DNA of 64,000 nucleotides from Dicyema japonicum (taxonomy: Eukaryota; Animalia; Dicyemida): contig RDEW01000005.1 of NCBI GenBank assembly GCA_011109175.1, forward strand, positions 1,973,267 through 2,037,266. The letters run 5' to 3'. The notes under the pieces were generated by a model. The model made no database searches, was not told where the DNA came from, and worked only from the letters and a program-made list of their open reading frames with translations. Positions 12,150 to 25,789 of the stretch are shown here, piece by piece. The position numbers and the translations under genes are program-made. Each line of letters starts with the position of its first letter. Positions within the stretch are counted from its first letter, which is position 1.

Positions 12150-14326
12150 AGGAAGATGCCTGAGACATAAGGCGATAAATGGAATTGTACTTGAGGGTTT
12201 GCTTGATACACCTTCATACTGAAACCGGTCGGTCTGGACAAAAGACAAAAAACGATCGGAAGGTATTAGAATCTTTCCATTTGGGAAGGGGGAGCCATTG
12301 GTATGATATGCTTTTGTCCTTCCACCATCGTCGCAAATGCAGTGGACACTGTAAGTCGCAGAAAATACTGAGAAACCCAAGGAGAGAAATACGAAGGGCT
12401 TCTTTATCGGTTCACGTTCCGGGTGGTTGAGACAACTTGAATAAGCGAGTAATCGATTCACTTCTTCAAGAAGCTGGAACGAATTCAATTACTTCACTTA
12501 TGAACCGGATCCTGTCAGAGTACTTCCCGAAGTTATCCGCCATGTCCTATTCTTCGACAATTTGATAGTCTTAGATAAGAAGGGCGGAGGAGTACGACCG
12601 GTTGTGGTCGAGTTTGTCTTCAGAAGGCTGTCTGCTACGATTGCATTCCACTCGTCACATAATTCTTGAACTTAATTCAGGTAAGCGTTGGTGTTAGTCT
12701 GGGATGCAAGGCCGCTGTCCATTCAGTGAGAACAATCCTAAACCGCGTATAGAAGATTCCCGGGAGCATGTCCTGGTCAAACTGAACATCAAGAACGCCT
12801 ATAAGTCTAAGGAGAGGCAATATCCTGGAGGCGTGTATTGAAAGATGCTACTTGCAAGGCCGCTGTCCATTCAGTGAGAACAATCCTAAACCGCGTATAG
12901 AAGATTCCCGGGAGCATGTCCTGGTCAAACTGGACATCAAGAACGCCTATAAGTCTAAGGAGAGGCAATATCCTGGAGGCGTGTATTGAAAGATGATACT
13001 TTCGAGTTCGTAATCAGTCATACAGCTTACCTTCATCCATACTTTTTCTGAACTACCTAATCCCTTAGTATTCCGGAGTGCAACAGAGATTCCCTTGGAC
13101 CCCTATTGTTTTGTCTTGCAATATAGAAAATCACCAAACTTCCGTTCTCGCACATCAACCTATGGTATCTGGATGATCCAGTCCTCAGAGGACTCCCAGA
13201 TACTGCTTCCGGGATTTGGAGGTGATAATTTCAACACTGTCGGAAGCTGTACTTGAATTAAATTACACTAAATGCGAATTCTACAATTGTGGAAATTCAG
13301 AAGAGAAGTATTCAAAAGCTGTCATCTTTCGCGAATTTACTACCTGGAAGTATGTCCACGCCCTAGGATTCCAATTTCAATAAGTGCAATGGGGAAAGCT
13401 ATACGTGAAAAATGACTGTTACTCAGAGAGACTCTGGACCGCTTGTGTCTACTTGGCATGCATACGTAATTATTCCTCCTAAAAAACTGTCTCAACGTAC
13501 AGAGGCTTGCATATGTCCTAAGGACTGTTTTCTATTTCACCCTGTATGACCAACTCGCACATATTAATGGGATCTTCCGTACGACAGCGGAACGTATCTT
13601 CAACGTCCGGTTCGAGGATTACTCATGGAAGCAAGCCACGCTGCCAGTGAGACTCAGATGGCTTGGAATTCGCAACCATGTGGACCTTTCTCTCCCTTCA
13701 TACCTATCATTGCTAGTGGCCTGTAACTCCCATGTCAAAAGGATTCTACACTCTACCTGAATTCTCTATTGACAAGAAAACTGGTCATGCGCGTGAGGTC
13801 TGTAGTCGTACTAATCAGCTGTTCCTACCTTCCAAGTTCTTTCAGCGGGGCCTAGACAATGCTAAATGCCGGAATTATTTTGAAGATTTGCTATTGTCAT
13901 CTAGCCAACATGACCGTGTCTGTTTGTCATCGGGAGCGTCTTTCGAGAGCGATATTTGACTCATCGCCATTTCCAATGGAGTTTTGGGTAGCTTTCTGGA
14001 TGATGAATACGCCCGTATTGTGATCTCATTACGACTGAGATAAAAAGTCACTTCAGAGTGAGTCTGGAGCCTGTTCTACCGCTGAGAAGGCCTAGAGGTT
14101 GAAACTGGCAAAGTAAACTGTACTACCCAATATTTTTTTGTTCATTCCAATCGCCATTGAGACGTCTGGTTCCCTTGCGCTTGCGACGTTGGAATTCTTG
14201 AGCCGTCTAGGGAATCGGATTTCTGCACGATCAGTAGACCCTTGTAAGCGCTGCTGGTAATTTGAGCGAATCTCGCTCGCCATCCTGAGAGGGAATAGCG
14301 ACGCAGTCACTGCGGCCGCTATATGA
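12150..14326 (+). mobile_element. CRE-like non-LTR retrotransposon (RT+RLE), heavily degraded with internal deletion
   Basis: Fragments KKGGGVRP, VKLDIKNAY, SGVQQ, NLWYLDD, QATLPVRL and IPIAIETSGSL...ERISLAILRGN, with many stops and frameshifts. Confidence 0.8.
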
Positions 14327-14339
14327 CTATTTATTATTA

Positions 14340-14790
14340 TTATTATTAACCCAAGAACACGAATAATTAATTTAATTACTAAATTAATTAAATGATCTCG
14401 AAGGCCTCAACCAGAATTATCATTTTCTCCTCGTGCGCCTTCTGGGATCCAACACAACTTCTCTGTGGGTGGGGTAGTTTCGGGAATAGGAATTGGAGAG
14501 GGGTGATGTATACCCTTATCATTAGACAGGTCGTGGCTGTGTATTGTTGAGAGTTGCACTGCCTGCACAGGGTAGCAAATCCTTTTCCATTTTGTCGGAT
14601 AAGGTCTTCAAGTGATGAGGGTATTAGTTTTTCTAGTTTCCCAAGATTACTAATAGTAGTGGCTGTTAAGGCCTGAATGTCTCGGATTCTTTGTTTGTTC
14701 GTCAAGGACAGATTGATTCCCCATGACGTACAGGCATAGCTGACAGAAGGCTCAATGAATTGTTTGTACAACAATTTCAAAGCTGATATG
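14340..14790 (-). mobile_element. 3' part of I/Jockey-like LINE (family D)
   Basis: LYKQFIEPSVSYACTSW post-RT motif continuing into the tail shared with the 7180 and 15885 copies. Confidence 0.7.
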
Positions 14791-15349
14791 ACTATTTGCT
14801 CACTTTTTTCTTAATAAATGAATTTCTAAAAAAATAAATAAATTGATTTAAATTAAAAAAAAATGAAAATAGATATCAAAAAAAATGAAAATAGATAACA
14901 AGCGAGATTCGCTCAAATAACCAGCAGCGCTCACGAGGGTCTCCTTTTCGTGTAGCGATCCGATCTGTGAGGTACAATAAGTCGTAAATAGTTTTAAAGC
15001 AACGGCATATTTTCTCTCATAAGGTCGATCGTCTGATGTTTGTTACCATATTAAAACCACGTGGTTTACTTAAACAATAAATTCAAAATATAAAAGATTG
15101 AGATGACTGACACGCTTAATTGATTATATATCATAGGTGAGACAAGCAGAGCAGGACAAAACCAAATAATCACGTNAACGGCATATTTTCTCTTATAAGG
15201 TCAATCGTCTGATGTTTGTTACCATATTAAAACCACGTGGTTTACTTAAACAATAAATTCAAAATATAAAAGATTGAGATGACTGACACGCTTAATTGAT
15301 TATATATCATAGGTGAGACAAGCAGAGCAGGACAAAACCAAATAATCAC

Positions 15350-15660
15350 GTGATCCCGAAGCGTCAGTACCTCAGCTTGGTCCAATGTTCCTGACTCGAG
15401 CCCACACACGCGAGTATGTTCATGATGGATATTTTCCTTTTTGGTAATTCCAATGAATATCCAAGTGATTCAACAACATCGTCATCATCCCGAAATCTCC
15501 TTTACCTCGGGGAGATGTCTACGATTTTGAGTCCCTTTCTAAACAGCATGAACAGGGTACCACCCCGAATTTTTGTTTGGCCCATAAAGCATTGCGATCT
15601 TAATCATGTTTTGCCAGAAACTAGATCGAGACACCTTCTCACTGATCTCGTTAACATTTA
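15350..15660 (-). mobile_element. Possible Merlin/ISXO2-like transposase remnant
   Basis: Weak resemblance of CFMGQTKIRGGTLF...LGYS...QEHWTKLR to the Merlin DDE C-terminal region; contains stops. Confidence 0.3.
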
Positions 15661-15884
15661 ACTGTAGAACTAAGGTCGGCTTGTTTTTTTCATGTCGACA
15701 TGAGGACAAGGATAATTAATTTGAATGATTTATTGAAAAATAAAATTTAGTAATGAAGGGAACAAAGTCGTTTGTTTAATAGGTTCACGACACTTCAATG
15801 ATAATTATTCAAATTAATAGTCAAATAATTGTACTATCAAATCATTAAATGTTAATTATTTTTCAAATTTGTTATAAAAATCAT

Positions 15885-16160
15885 ATTTCAGAAATCTAAA
15901 ACAAAGACCTTATCAGACAAAATGGAAAGGGATTTGCCTCCCTGTGCAGGCAGTGCAACTTCAACAGTACACGTACGTGTCTTATGAGAAGGGAATACAT
16001 CACCCCTCTCCAATTTCTATTCCCCAAATCATCCCGCCCACAGAGAAGTTGCGTTGAATCCCAGAAGGCGCACAAGGAGAGGATTTGAAATCTGGTTGAG
16101 GTCTTCGAGATCACTTAATTAATTTAGTAATTAAATAACTATTGGTGTTTTTTGGTTACT
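15885..16160 (+). mobile_element. 3' terminal fragment of I/Jockey-like LINE (family D)
   Basis: Sequence similarity with 7180-7440 and 14340-14600. Confidence 0.7.
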
Positions 16161-16876
16161 AATAATAAAACGATAAAAAAATTTCGTTTTTATTTTCGAT
16201 TCGACAAGTTACCCAAATGGTTTTTTGGTCTCAGATTAGAGTGGTAACTTGCCTCTACTGCACCGAATGTTTGCTTAGCCTTATGATGGGCGGAAACCCT
16301 TGTCTTCTTTCACCTTGTAAGCATGAACGAGGTAACGGGTTGATGAGACATTTGAAACCCGAATTTCTTAACAAAAAAAGTGTTGGGTGCATGTAGGATC
16401 TGGGTTTCAATCCAGTCCAGTCTAAAATTAAATAACTCCAAGCTGTGGGGTGATAGATTCCATCCTGCTGATAATTCAAATTTGACAATGACTGACCGTC
16501 GATTAAGTGACCATCAAAAATGTCAATTTTAGACAATATACTTCATTGTTGATTAAATACAGTTTTATTAACAATAAAGTTAGTTGTTATGATAAACTCT
16601 CCATTATGGCCTGCAGCGCGTAGAGGTTATCAAATAATCCGGCGGCTTGCAGGACAGTGGAAGGATGAGCCTATAGTGACGGGATGACTTTTTCGAGACA
16701 TTGGGCTCGCGATCTGAGGGCTTATGTAAATAATGACAAATAATTATTATAAGCCATTAATTAAATAATTATCAAAACAGTATGAAATCTATTAATCAAT
16801 AAATCGCCAAATCGATTGCGGTTTATTCAGACTATTATTTTACAATTACGCATAACGCCATCAGTTTCTGTAATAA

Positions 16877-18865
16877 ATGTCCGAAACTCCGATGTCGTTA
16901 ATGTTGTTCTATCTTTGTGTGCTGACTTTTTCAGTGTCGTCTGATTTAACAAGTACTTGTCCTTCCAACTGATTTCGTAGATTGTGTTCCTCTGGCTTTT
17001 TACCCAATTGCCGTCTATGATATTTGGGCTGAAAAACGTATTTATGGAGACTATTCCGTGTCATGTAGTTTACGGGGAGACAATCCTATGTATCCTTGAT
17101 TGTTACGGCTAGATATGATTACCCTTTGACTCGAAACGGAGACACTATAAACACCAACCTTACAACCTTAGTATACTGCTCAGCTTCGAATGATTGCAGC
17201 AGAATAGTAGGGAACTACGTCAGTTTCGAAAAGAATAACTGTAATGGGTAACCTGATACCATAGTATTTCAAATTACAGCTAAATCTGAGTATCAGATTT
17301 CCGAAGGAACTTCAATGAGGTTTGAGTTGGCCACTGCTCCCTACCTTTCCTACTTTGAAATATTTTGTCATACCCCTGCTAATATCCACGTCTATACGAA
17401 AATCCAGAGAGGTAGTTATCGCTGATATTGTAGGACATATTTATGTTGTTAATGTTCTCTTCCCCCCTTCAGGAATTATAAAACTATCCTGTAGCATTGT
17501 AACTGAAACTGGGGATATCAAGCAAATTCCAGAAATTACTCTAAAGAGGGTCGAAAACAGTAAGAGTGTGTTAACACAGTTCATAGTCCCCAGTAATATT
17601 GACCAATATCCGCCAAAAGATGTACTATACAACAAAACTAATTTTGATTCTTGTTTCTTCAGATATGACAGGTTTACGTGTGACTAAAGTCAGTGATTGC
17701 GAAGAGGTTGCATATACTGAGCATAACGGGATAAAAACGTGCTCCTGTGGTAAGAGAAGTGCGAGGTATATCTTTCATCCGTTTGGTAGTCGTGGTTATG
17801 ATATATTTAGCATTTTCTCTGCCTGACAATACGATGAAGAACTGTCTACTTAACAGTGAGAGAACTTCGTGTGTTTTCCACTGTCAGATCTTGAAAAGTG
17901 CAAATGGTTTGCCTTTTACCGACAAATTTATATGGCGTGTTGACGGAGTAGTTCAAAGTTAACATGTTATTTAATCTCCAAGGTGAGAAGAGTGGGACCC
18001 TACTATTACAAGGCCGTACTACCTCTGGTTCTGTCACATGCAGCACTGACCTGGGCGATAGTCCAAATGTCATCACTTCAGCCAGAATTATTAAACAAAA
18101 TTCGGTCAAGTTCGCCGGAACCTTTTCATCCATGTCAATAATGAGGAATGCGAACAGCACCATGGAGTGTTCGGGATACATTAATGAAGCTATCAAAGAT
18201 AGCTGTGAATTCAGATTTTATCTTAACAGCGGGAATATTATAAACTCTTCTGTTTATATGATAACGCTTAAATCCTCTGTTTCTGGGTAAGTGAATATTG
18301 CTATGGCTGCGATATTGCCTTCTGTTGACTGCTTTAATTATCACTTTGGATTTGTTATCTCTTAGGGAACTCTTTATTAACACCAAGAATGCCCGCATTA
18401 ACCAAACCATAACGGGAAATTATCAATGTGCCATTTATTGCCCGGATTCCGATATTCTTTACACGTCTGAGAACTTTTACATTGTCTACACGCCTGAGCA
18501 AACTAGTTTAGTTTTATTCTCAGCTGTAGGTGCCGTGAGATCGTCCTCCATTAACTGGTCTTCTATAATAGCCGCCCTCGTTGTCTTGGCGGTTTCATTT
18601 ATTGTGATTGTGTTTTTTATTTATCGTCGCAAATGCCGTGGGTCCTCGTATAATGGTTGTTTGGTAATAACATGGTAGTCCATCGAATGGAGAAACTCAC
18701 ACATGGAAACATAGACCCCACTCTTATGAACTTTAAACCGTTGGATTCTCGAAAACAGTATTGGATTCTCTATAGCATAGACTTACGGGGAATCGTAAAC
18801 TGGAGTCGAGCATGGTGAGTGATCTTGACAGTCTTGGAGTTTATTCTGATCCCCCGACTTCTTAG
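16877..18865 (+). CDS. Orphan type I membrane protein with Ig-like extracellular domains (multi-exon)
   Basis: Signal peptide MSLMLFYLCVLTFSVSS; mini-intron-linked exons; C..W and GNYQC Ig-like motifs; TM SIIAALVVLAVSFIVIVFFIY followed by RRKCR; short tail ending GVYSDPPTS. Some junctions uncertain. Confidence 0.6.
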
Positions 18866-19149
18866 ATAGCTTTACTCGTTTGACTTTTAACAGATTTGGA
18901 AATTAGATTTATTTAATTATCCACTTTAATGTTGTTTAGCGATCACGTGCTCCTTATGGTTGTAGTTCCTATGGATTTGTCAGAATGTCGGGACTTTAGT
19001 GCTAAAATACTGAGGGTAACTTCAATTAAACAGCAATCAAGTTGGGGTCATTCTGATAGTGGTTTTCAGTGGTGCGCCAGTCGCGCGTGTCAAACATTGG
19101 GGAAATAAATTATTCAGACTACCTTTTCTTTCACGTGCCTTCGTTTCCT

Positions 19150-19750
19150 CTCATAGAAAAGATTTTGGCCGTCTTTTTAGTGTTTTTTTGCACTGTAGGT
19201 TGAACATGAGGGCTCACACGTCTTGAGGCACGCTTTCAATGGTTCTTATGATCACAGCTACTTGTATATCTGCGATCATTTCAACATCCTCAAGTATCTC
19301 CTATGGGATTTAGTATCGATATAGTCTCTTGTACATAGGAAACAAGTTGGGAGATGAGTTTACTTACATTTCTTCTTCACTCACACTCTGCAAGCGCTCC
19401 GGGTATCAAGTTGTGTCCACCGATAACTTATCATAAATCGCAATATTTGGCTGTACAGCAACTGAAGTGTAACACAAAAATTAAGCATTCTGACCACAGA
19501 CTGAATTTATGAGTCCACAATTTTTTGAATGTGATAGACCTTAGTTGTACAAAAGTGAATGGATAGAGTTTACAACTTCATTATGCCTCCACAGTAGATC
19601 AGACCCATTCTTTTTCCTTCACCAAGCAACTACCAAATAGTTAGCTTAGTAATGGAACGGAACGTCTCCAAGCTACTGTTCCCTGATTTTTTACTTTAAT
19701 CTGGGTTCAAGGGTATGCTGCCGTTCGTTAAGGATATCTATGGAATACTT
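19150..19750 (-). mobile_element. Degraded R4/NeSL-like RLE retroelement remnant
   Basis: Broken RHNEVVNSIHSLL...QPNIAIYDK resembles the RHN/PDI region preceding the RLE nuclease. Confidence 0.35.
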
Positions 19751-20014
19751 ACATAATTGGTCGAACTTAAGACGGATGAGTTGCATGCATAACCACTTGA
19801 TAATTCATAACATCATTGAAGTGTCATGCGTGACGTGCTTGATAATTCTTATCAACGTAAAATGCTTACCATGACAAATTTTTATTAACCAGAAAACATG
19901 AGAAAAAAAGTAAAACAAGGAATTTTATTCACTGGGTCTTTCACTCTCACTTTTTGGTGAGCCCAGCACAAACAGTCACAACTAATTAATCCAAGGAAGG
20001 AACTCAAGGAAGAT

Positions 20015-20210
20015 CGTCTGCTTGTGCCGACCAAACCCATTTTCCGATAGTCCATTACAGGCTTCCGCTTCAGAAGAGAGGTGGAGAAGTAGGATTGCCC
20101 TCTTCCATTTTCATCACACGTCTTACCGTCACGGACATTACTTCATTCTTCGGCGGAAGAGTTTTAGCAATGGTAATCTTCACCAGTGGATTTGGTCAGG
20201 GTTTTCTGCT
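20015..20210 (+). repeat. Interspersed repeat family C (unassigned)
   Basis: Clear similarity to 35715-35900 (gcttgtgccgaccaaa...gaggtggagaagtagg...gtaatcttcac...ggatttggtc). Confidence 0.75.
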
Positions 20211-20637
20211 TACAACAAGATCTGTTGAATTTATCAAAACTTTTATTCTAAATTTAATACGTTAATTTTCCTTGAAATTCTTTCGAAATGTGATATTGAT
20301 TGTTTTTTATTTCTTAATTATAATTCTTGTTTTTAGAATTACTTTATAATTCGGAGATTCTTTTGCTGTTTTTTGTTGAGACGTTGTGAGCGTTTGGCCC
20401 TAACATGGTTGAATCTGTCAAAACTATTGATTGTCTTGTGTCTGAACATATCCTCAGAATTAGTTTACGGTACATCCCGGAGATATAATACTTGGAGTGA
20501 TTAGAGATATCAAGGACGACCGAGATACACATTACCTGTTCAAAATGAAACTAACTAAAGCAGAGGACCTAGATGCTCTCCTAAGGAGTTCAAAAATGAA
20601 GTTAGATAAAGCAGAGAACATAGATGAGTTTCAAAAC

Positions 20638-20850
20638 CGCGTGGTGCCATGTGGTTACTTGATTAAAGATTTTTGTTTGTTTCTTCTCTTTTTCCTCTTC
20701 CATTTTCTAATAGAGTGACGTCATGTGATCCATTTGTCTCAAGTCGCCCAAGTGCTCTCCCCCACTCCACTGAAGGAGTCCTCAAAGTTTTGAAGAATTA
20801 ATGTCTTCTACCCTTAAAGCTGGTTCTGGATGGACTTGTGTGACATCCGG
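20638..20850 (+). repeat. Interspersed repeat family B (unassigned)
   Basis: gtggtgccatgtggttacttgatt...gtcatgtgatccatttgtctc...ctcccccactccactgaagg, shared with 37075-37310, 59435-59665 and partial copies at ~3900-3990, ~23455 and ~32840-32930. Confidence 0.75.
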
Positions 20851-21539
20851 AGTTAAAAAATAAGAAAGCATTGATGTCCCCGCAAAATTGGATCCTCGAA
20901 AGGAGAGCGGAGACGTCTTATTTAAAAAATTGTCCGTGGTTGATCTCAAATGTTAAAGTGTGAAACAACTCTGCTCATTTATGTCGGTGGGGATCAATAG
21001 TTGAAGTGAAATTATTCCAAAGATCAGGGGTAAAACCAATCCCGTGATCCTTGTTCAAGTAGTGCCTTTGTCCAAGTACAATGATCCAGAAGACATTGTC
21101 CGGGAAGCTGCAATCGAAGCCAGAACTCGTCTACATTGAGCGAAATAGTCTCCATGTGGAGTGAAAAGATAGCATTGGGCATCTCCTGAGTATGGTGGAT
21201 CAGATGACGGCACCGGCCTTCTGGATATAATTTAGGATTATATCTGGCGCCATCAAAAATGGTGAACCTGACAACTGCCTGAGAAATCCTTTGGAACAGT
21301 CATTCCATTTCCCGACGATCTCCAATGTCTCGATGACAAAATTAACTATTATTTTATAAAACTACCAACTCATCCTTATCCCCTCTTCCCACATTAGAAT
21401 AAAATACTTCTTTTCCAGCATCTAATGAGATATTTTCACAATTAACAAATTCCAGTTCCAGATTTTTTGCTGAACATAAAGGGCAAATAGGTTTTACCTT
21501 TACTTTTCATTGTAACTCTACGTCGTCGAACTCAAAATG

Positions 21540-22100
21540 TATATCGTCGGCGTAGAACGTTCATTTAGGTCAGTGGTCCCAACGAGAGCTAATGATTTCG
21601 TGACTTAATGGTGTACAGTGACACTTATTGTACAGTCCATTCCGCGAGATCTTGGATGGCCAGGACATTCCAGCTATGTTTCTTAGATGATTCTTGTGAA
21701 ACGAGTCTAGCCTCTTCAATTCCTCTTTTGAGGTGGCCCAGGTCCCAGAGTTGTATAGAAGGATTGGTTTGATAAAGGTGTCGTATAGCATTATCTTTTG
21801 TTTTATGTTATACTTTTCCGATTCAGCCGTAGGTTTTTCAGCCTGTGTAATGCCGCGTTTGCCGTGGTTTTTCTCCGTATGATATCTTCACTATCTCCTA
21901 ATAGGGAGCCAAGTTTCTTTGTGTGCTTCCATTTCTCTTCGAGTGAGTTATTCATTTGTCTTATTTCTGTCCGTTCTGTTTTTTCTCTGTTCACGGTGAG
22001 AAACCATTTCCCAAGTATATCTGGTGCTTTTTCTACTACATGCTCCAGTTCTTGGTCTTCAGAGATTAGGTCGACATCATCAGCATAAATCACTTCTTCT
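21540..22100 (-). mobile_element. RTE-clade LINE fragment (RT C-terminal part)
   Basis: IYADDVD, KKLGSLLGDSEDI, LYNSGTW and LDSFHKNHLRNIAG motifs, with frameshifts. Confidence 0.85.
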
Positions 22101-22148
22101 ATTTTGTGTTGTGACTGCTCAACATTTTAAAGAAAATTATTTAATGTG

Positions 22149-22315
22149 AAATTTTAAATGATATACAGTGAAGTCCCTCTAATTGGCCAACTCTGAAATT
22201 GGCCAATTCTCAAATTGTTCACGTCAGGGTTTCAAAAAAGCCAATTTTCATAAGAAATTGGCCAATTTCAGAGTTGGCCAATTAGAGGGACTTCACTGTA
22301 TATCATTTAAAATTT
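22149..22315. mobile_element. Tc1/pogo-type MITE / near-perfect ~60-bp-arm hairpin
   Basis: Core 22166-22298 (cagtgaagtccctctaattggcc...ggccaattagagggacttcactg) flanked by TA; the inverted symmetry extends 17 bp further out. Confidence 0.8.
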
Positions 22316-23649
22316 ATAATAAAATTTCATTATTAAAAAAAAAAATTCTCAAATTGGCCACACATTATTAAAAACATAAAAATTTATTTTTACTAATCTT
22401 TTTCAATTATTTTATTTTTTTTATTTTTTTTATACAAAATTTTTTTTAACAATTAAACAAATGTCAGTTGAGGAAGCCTGCTGCGTGGATTGCGAACGAG
22501 TTCCCTCGGAGTATGGCTATTCCTATCTTTTTTTTAAAAATCAAAATTTTAAACTAAAAATTTTACCACGTGTTCGAAAGCTTCTCGTCAAGGCTTAATT
22601 GTTTTCATAACTCGAAATTTTGAGTTATTAAGACTAGAATAATACTACACCGTGCCAAACAATCGCTCACAGATTTTCTATTTTATTTATTGTCGTATAG
22701 TATCACGTCCGGGCTGATAAGTCTAATTTATCATTCCAAAACAAATGGTTACCGGACTCTTTTTGGAGTAAAAACGAACTTTTTAATTTTGTCTAAAAAC
22801 ATGTTCGACGTAGTATGGGACAAAAATGGGAGACCTTATTTATACACTAATTCCGTCCAAGAGCATATGAAAAAAAACACGATTAGGTGGATATAAAAAT
22901 TTCAAAGATCGGGTTTCAATTATGTTATGTACAAATATAACTGGAACCCATAAATTAAAGCCAGTTATGATTTCAAAATCTGAAATACCCAGGTGATTCA
23001 AATTCCCAAATTGGCCACAAATAGTTAGGAACAATTTTTGGCCAATTTAAAAGACTTTACTTTCTTTATTATTAAGGCTTTTATTTTCATGTTATGTTGA
23101 TACGATGGTACAGGTAAGTTATAACTAAACAATCTACCCTCGTGCCCCAGTAAAATTATCTAAAGCTAACCGGTTCGTGGAAACAAAAAGGTTGGGGACT
23201 ACTGGTTAGGTAACTCAATTCTTTCTAAGCTTCCCGGCGAAAATGAGTCACCTTGAGGAGTAGAAATTCCGAATGACTTTTACACGTCTTTACCTTCATA
23301 CAAGTGCATAATTCATATGGAAGTCTTCGTAAATAATGTCATTGAGAGCAGTCAGTAGTATTTTGAATGTCTTCGAAGTCAACTTCCAGAATTTACATAC
23401 ATTTTTCTTTTGCCATATAGAAGTAAACCTCGATGGCTCTAAATCACTATTTCTCAAGAAACCCCTCCAGTGGAGTGGGGGTTTCAGCAACTACTTTTAA
23501 AGCGTATGAAGCTATTTTTCTTTATAATTTCAAACTATGGTGCCTAATGATACTCCAAAATTTAGTTAAAAATAACATTCGGCGTAGTATTTCAATGCTA
23601 AAAATTAAGAGTCCCCCAGAAAAAAAATTGGGAAAGGCTGCTCTAAAAA

Positions 23650-24600
23650 ATAGTAGTTGACCTCCCTCGTCTAAATCAACTTTAACTCCGCGATAAACAT
23701 CGGTCAACCCAACTTGATATCCGACTCAGAGTTGTGATAAGGTTTTTCTCAGACAAGTTGATAGAACTATGGGCCTCAGATTCTTGAGTGGGTCTACATT
23801 TTATCATGTTTTTGTAAAAACAGTAATATTCCTGTTAAAATGTCACCTGTAAAATGGATGTTGAATATTTCGCTGAACATAAAGAATAATTGTGTACTTG
23901 AGTGGGTCTACATTTTATCATGTTTTCGTAAAAACAGTAATATTCCTGTTAAAATGTCACCTGTAAAGTGGATGTTGAATATTTCGCTGAACATAAAGGA
24001 TAATTGTGTATTGAAGATTACTCCAAGGATTCTCTCCTATTTCTTAAATGGAATGTCTTGCCATCCGTTTCAATTGGTTCGTTTGACATTTTCTTGATCG
24101 AGGTGAATAGGGGGATGTAAAAAATATCCCAGGGCTAATTGTTAGTCGATTCTAGCTTAACCACAGAAGAAAACGGTTCAGGTGATATTGTATTCTCTGT
24201 GGCAGCCTAAACGCATTGATATGGTAAAAACCATGTCGTCTGCATATAAGTTTCAGCTGTCCCTCTCAATTGTCACTCATACCTTGTTTCGAGAAAAATT
24301 TTATATAGACATTCTTCTTGTCTTCCCCATAAGTNCCAGGGCTAAATGTTAGTCGATTCTAGCTTAACCACAGAAGAAAACGGTTCAGGTGATATTGTAT
24401 TCTCTGTGGCAGCCTAAACGCATTGATATGGTAAAAACCATGTCGTCTGCATATAAGTTTCAGCTGTCCCTCTCAATTGTCACTCATACCTTGTTTCGAA
24501 AAAAATTTTATATAGACATTCTTCTTTTCTTCCCCATAAGTGAAACAAACCGTTCTTTTATTCAAGGAGAGAGAACATCCTTCACAGCAGTGAATTAAGC
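23650..24600 (-). mobile_element. LINE RT debris (RTE-like and other)
   Basis: NLRPIVLSTCLRKTLS at ~23730-23785, RILGVIFN at ~24020 and YADDMVF at ~24230/24440 (duplicated across n 24335). Confidence 0.55.
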
Positions 24601-24879
24601 AACACAATTTTTCTAAAAGATAAAAAAAGTCGCATTTGTTTAAGTATATTTTTGAAGGCATAGAAGTACTTGGAATACTTTCTTTCTCCTTATCTCGATT
24701 TTCTCAAAAGAAAAAGGTTCAATATTGATACCTGAGGGACCCTTTTCCTCAGTATGACTTCTTAAGAAGAGTGTAGTCCATACCTTACAAAGACTTTTCT
24801 CCCGGTTAGAAGTCCTTTATCCATATACATATAAATACCAGCATTCAGGACAAATTAAATAGCTTTAGCAAGACTTCAT

Positions 24880-25680
24880 GTCATTATTATTGAGGCGCTT
24901 TCACGAAGGCCATAATGTTTATAGCCCCGCATGTGCAACACTCAAAGAACCAATATTTATAGTTAATCTTTTCCATCTTCCTCTGTCGTATACGAGTGTT
25001 CTCAATTCGTCCAGGTCGTCCCCCGTCTTTAGATTTTTTCTCACACGATTTAAGTCTTCGTTTAAGGCAGTCGGAAGTGTCGATCTAGGTCGTCCGCGGA
25101 AGGGTTTTTCGCAACTGTCAAAGTAATCTTCCACCGCTTTATTAGCGGGTGCGTCCGGGTTCATTCTTAGTATATGCCCAAATAGCCTCCACCGGGAATC
25201 TATAACATCCTTGCTGACGTAAGAACACATACACTTGTTGTAGATACCAGTGGTTGATATTCTACGTGCCACTTCATTCCAAGTAAGCTTCTTAGTTGCC
25301 TTCTATGGAACGAATCCAGTTTCAATAGTTCGCTGAAGGAACTTCCCCATGACCCAGCGTTGTAAAGTAGGATCGGTTTCACTAACGCGTTGTAAAGTCT
25401 GCATCTGATGTCAATTCCAAGTCCTTTAACCCTTAGCCATCCTTTCTTCAGTTTAGCCATTGACGCATTTGCCAGTGTTTTCCTCCTTAGTACATCTTCA
25501 GCGTCTCTTAGTAGAGAGCCGAGCTTATTAGTACGTCTCCATATTTCATGAGTAATATCGTCTTCTCTTTTGATTTCCGTAAGTTCAGCTTTGTTAACAT
25601 TTACGCTGAGAAACCATTTCTCAAGCTCCGCAGGTCTGACGGTGACAAAACTGTTAGACACATAAGTAATTCTCAACCGC
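24880..25680 (-). mobile_element. RTE-clade LINE, 5'-truncated 3' half
   Basis: NKLGSLL, LLYNAGSW, LDSFHRRQLR, LFGHILRM and RGRPRSTLP motifs, a frameshift, and an aataataat tail. Confidence 0.9.
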
Positions 25681-25789
25681 CCGTTTTAAAATTTATTTTT
25701 TATAATTTTATTAAATTAATAACTCATTCATTTTATTTATAAACAAATAATTTATTATATGTCAATGTATTAAAATGTTTATCTGGAAT

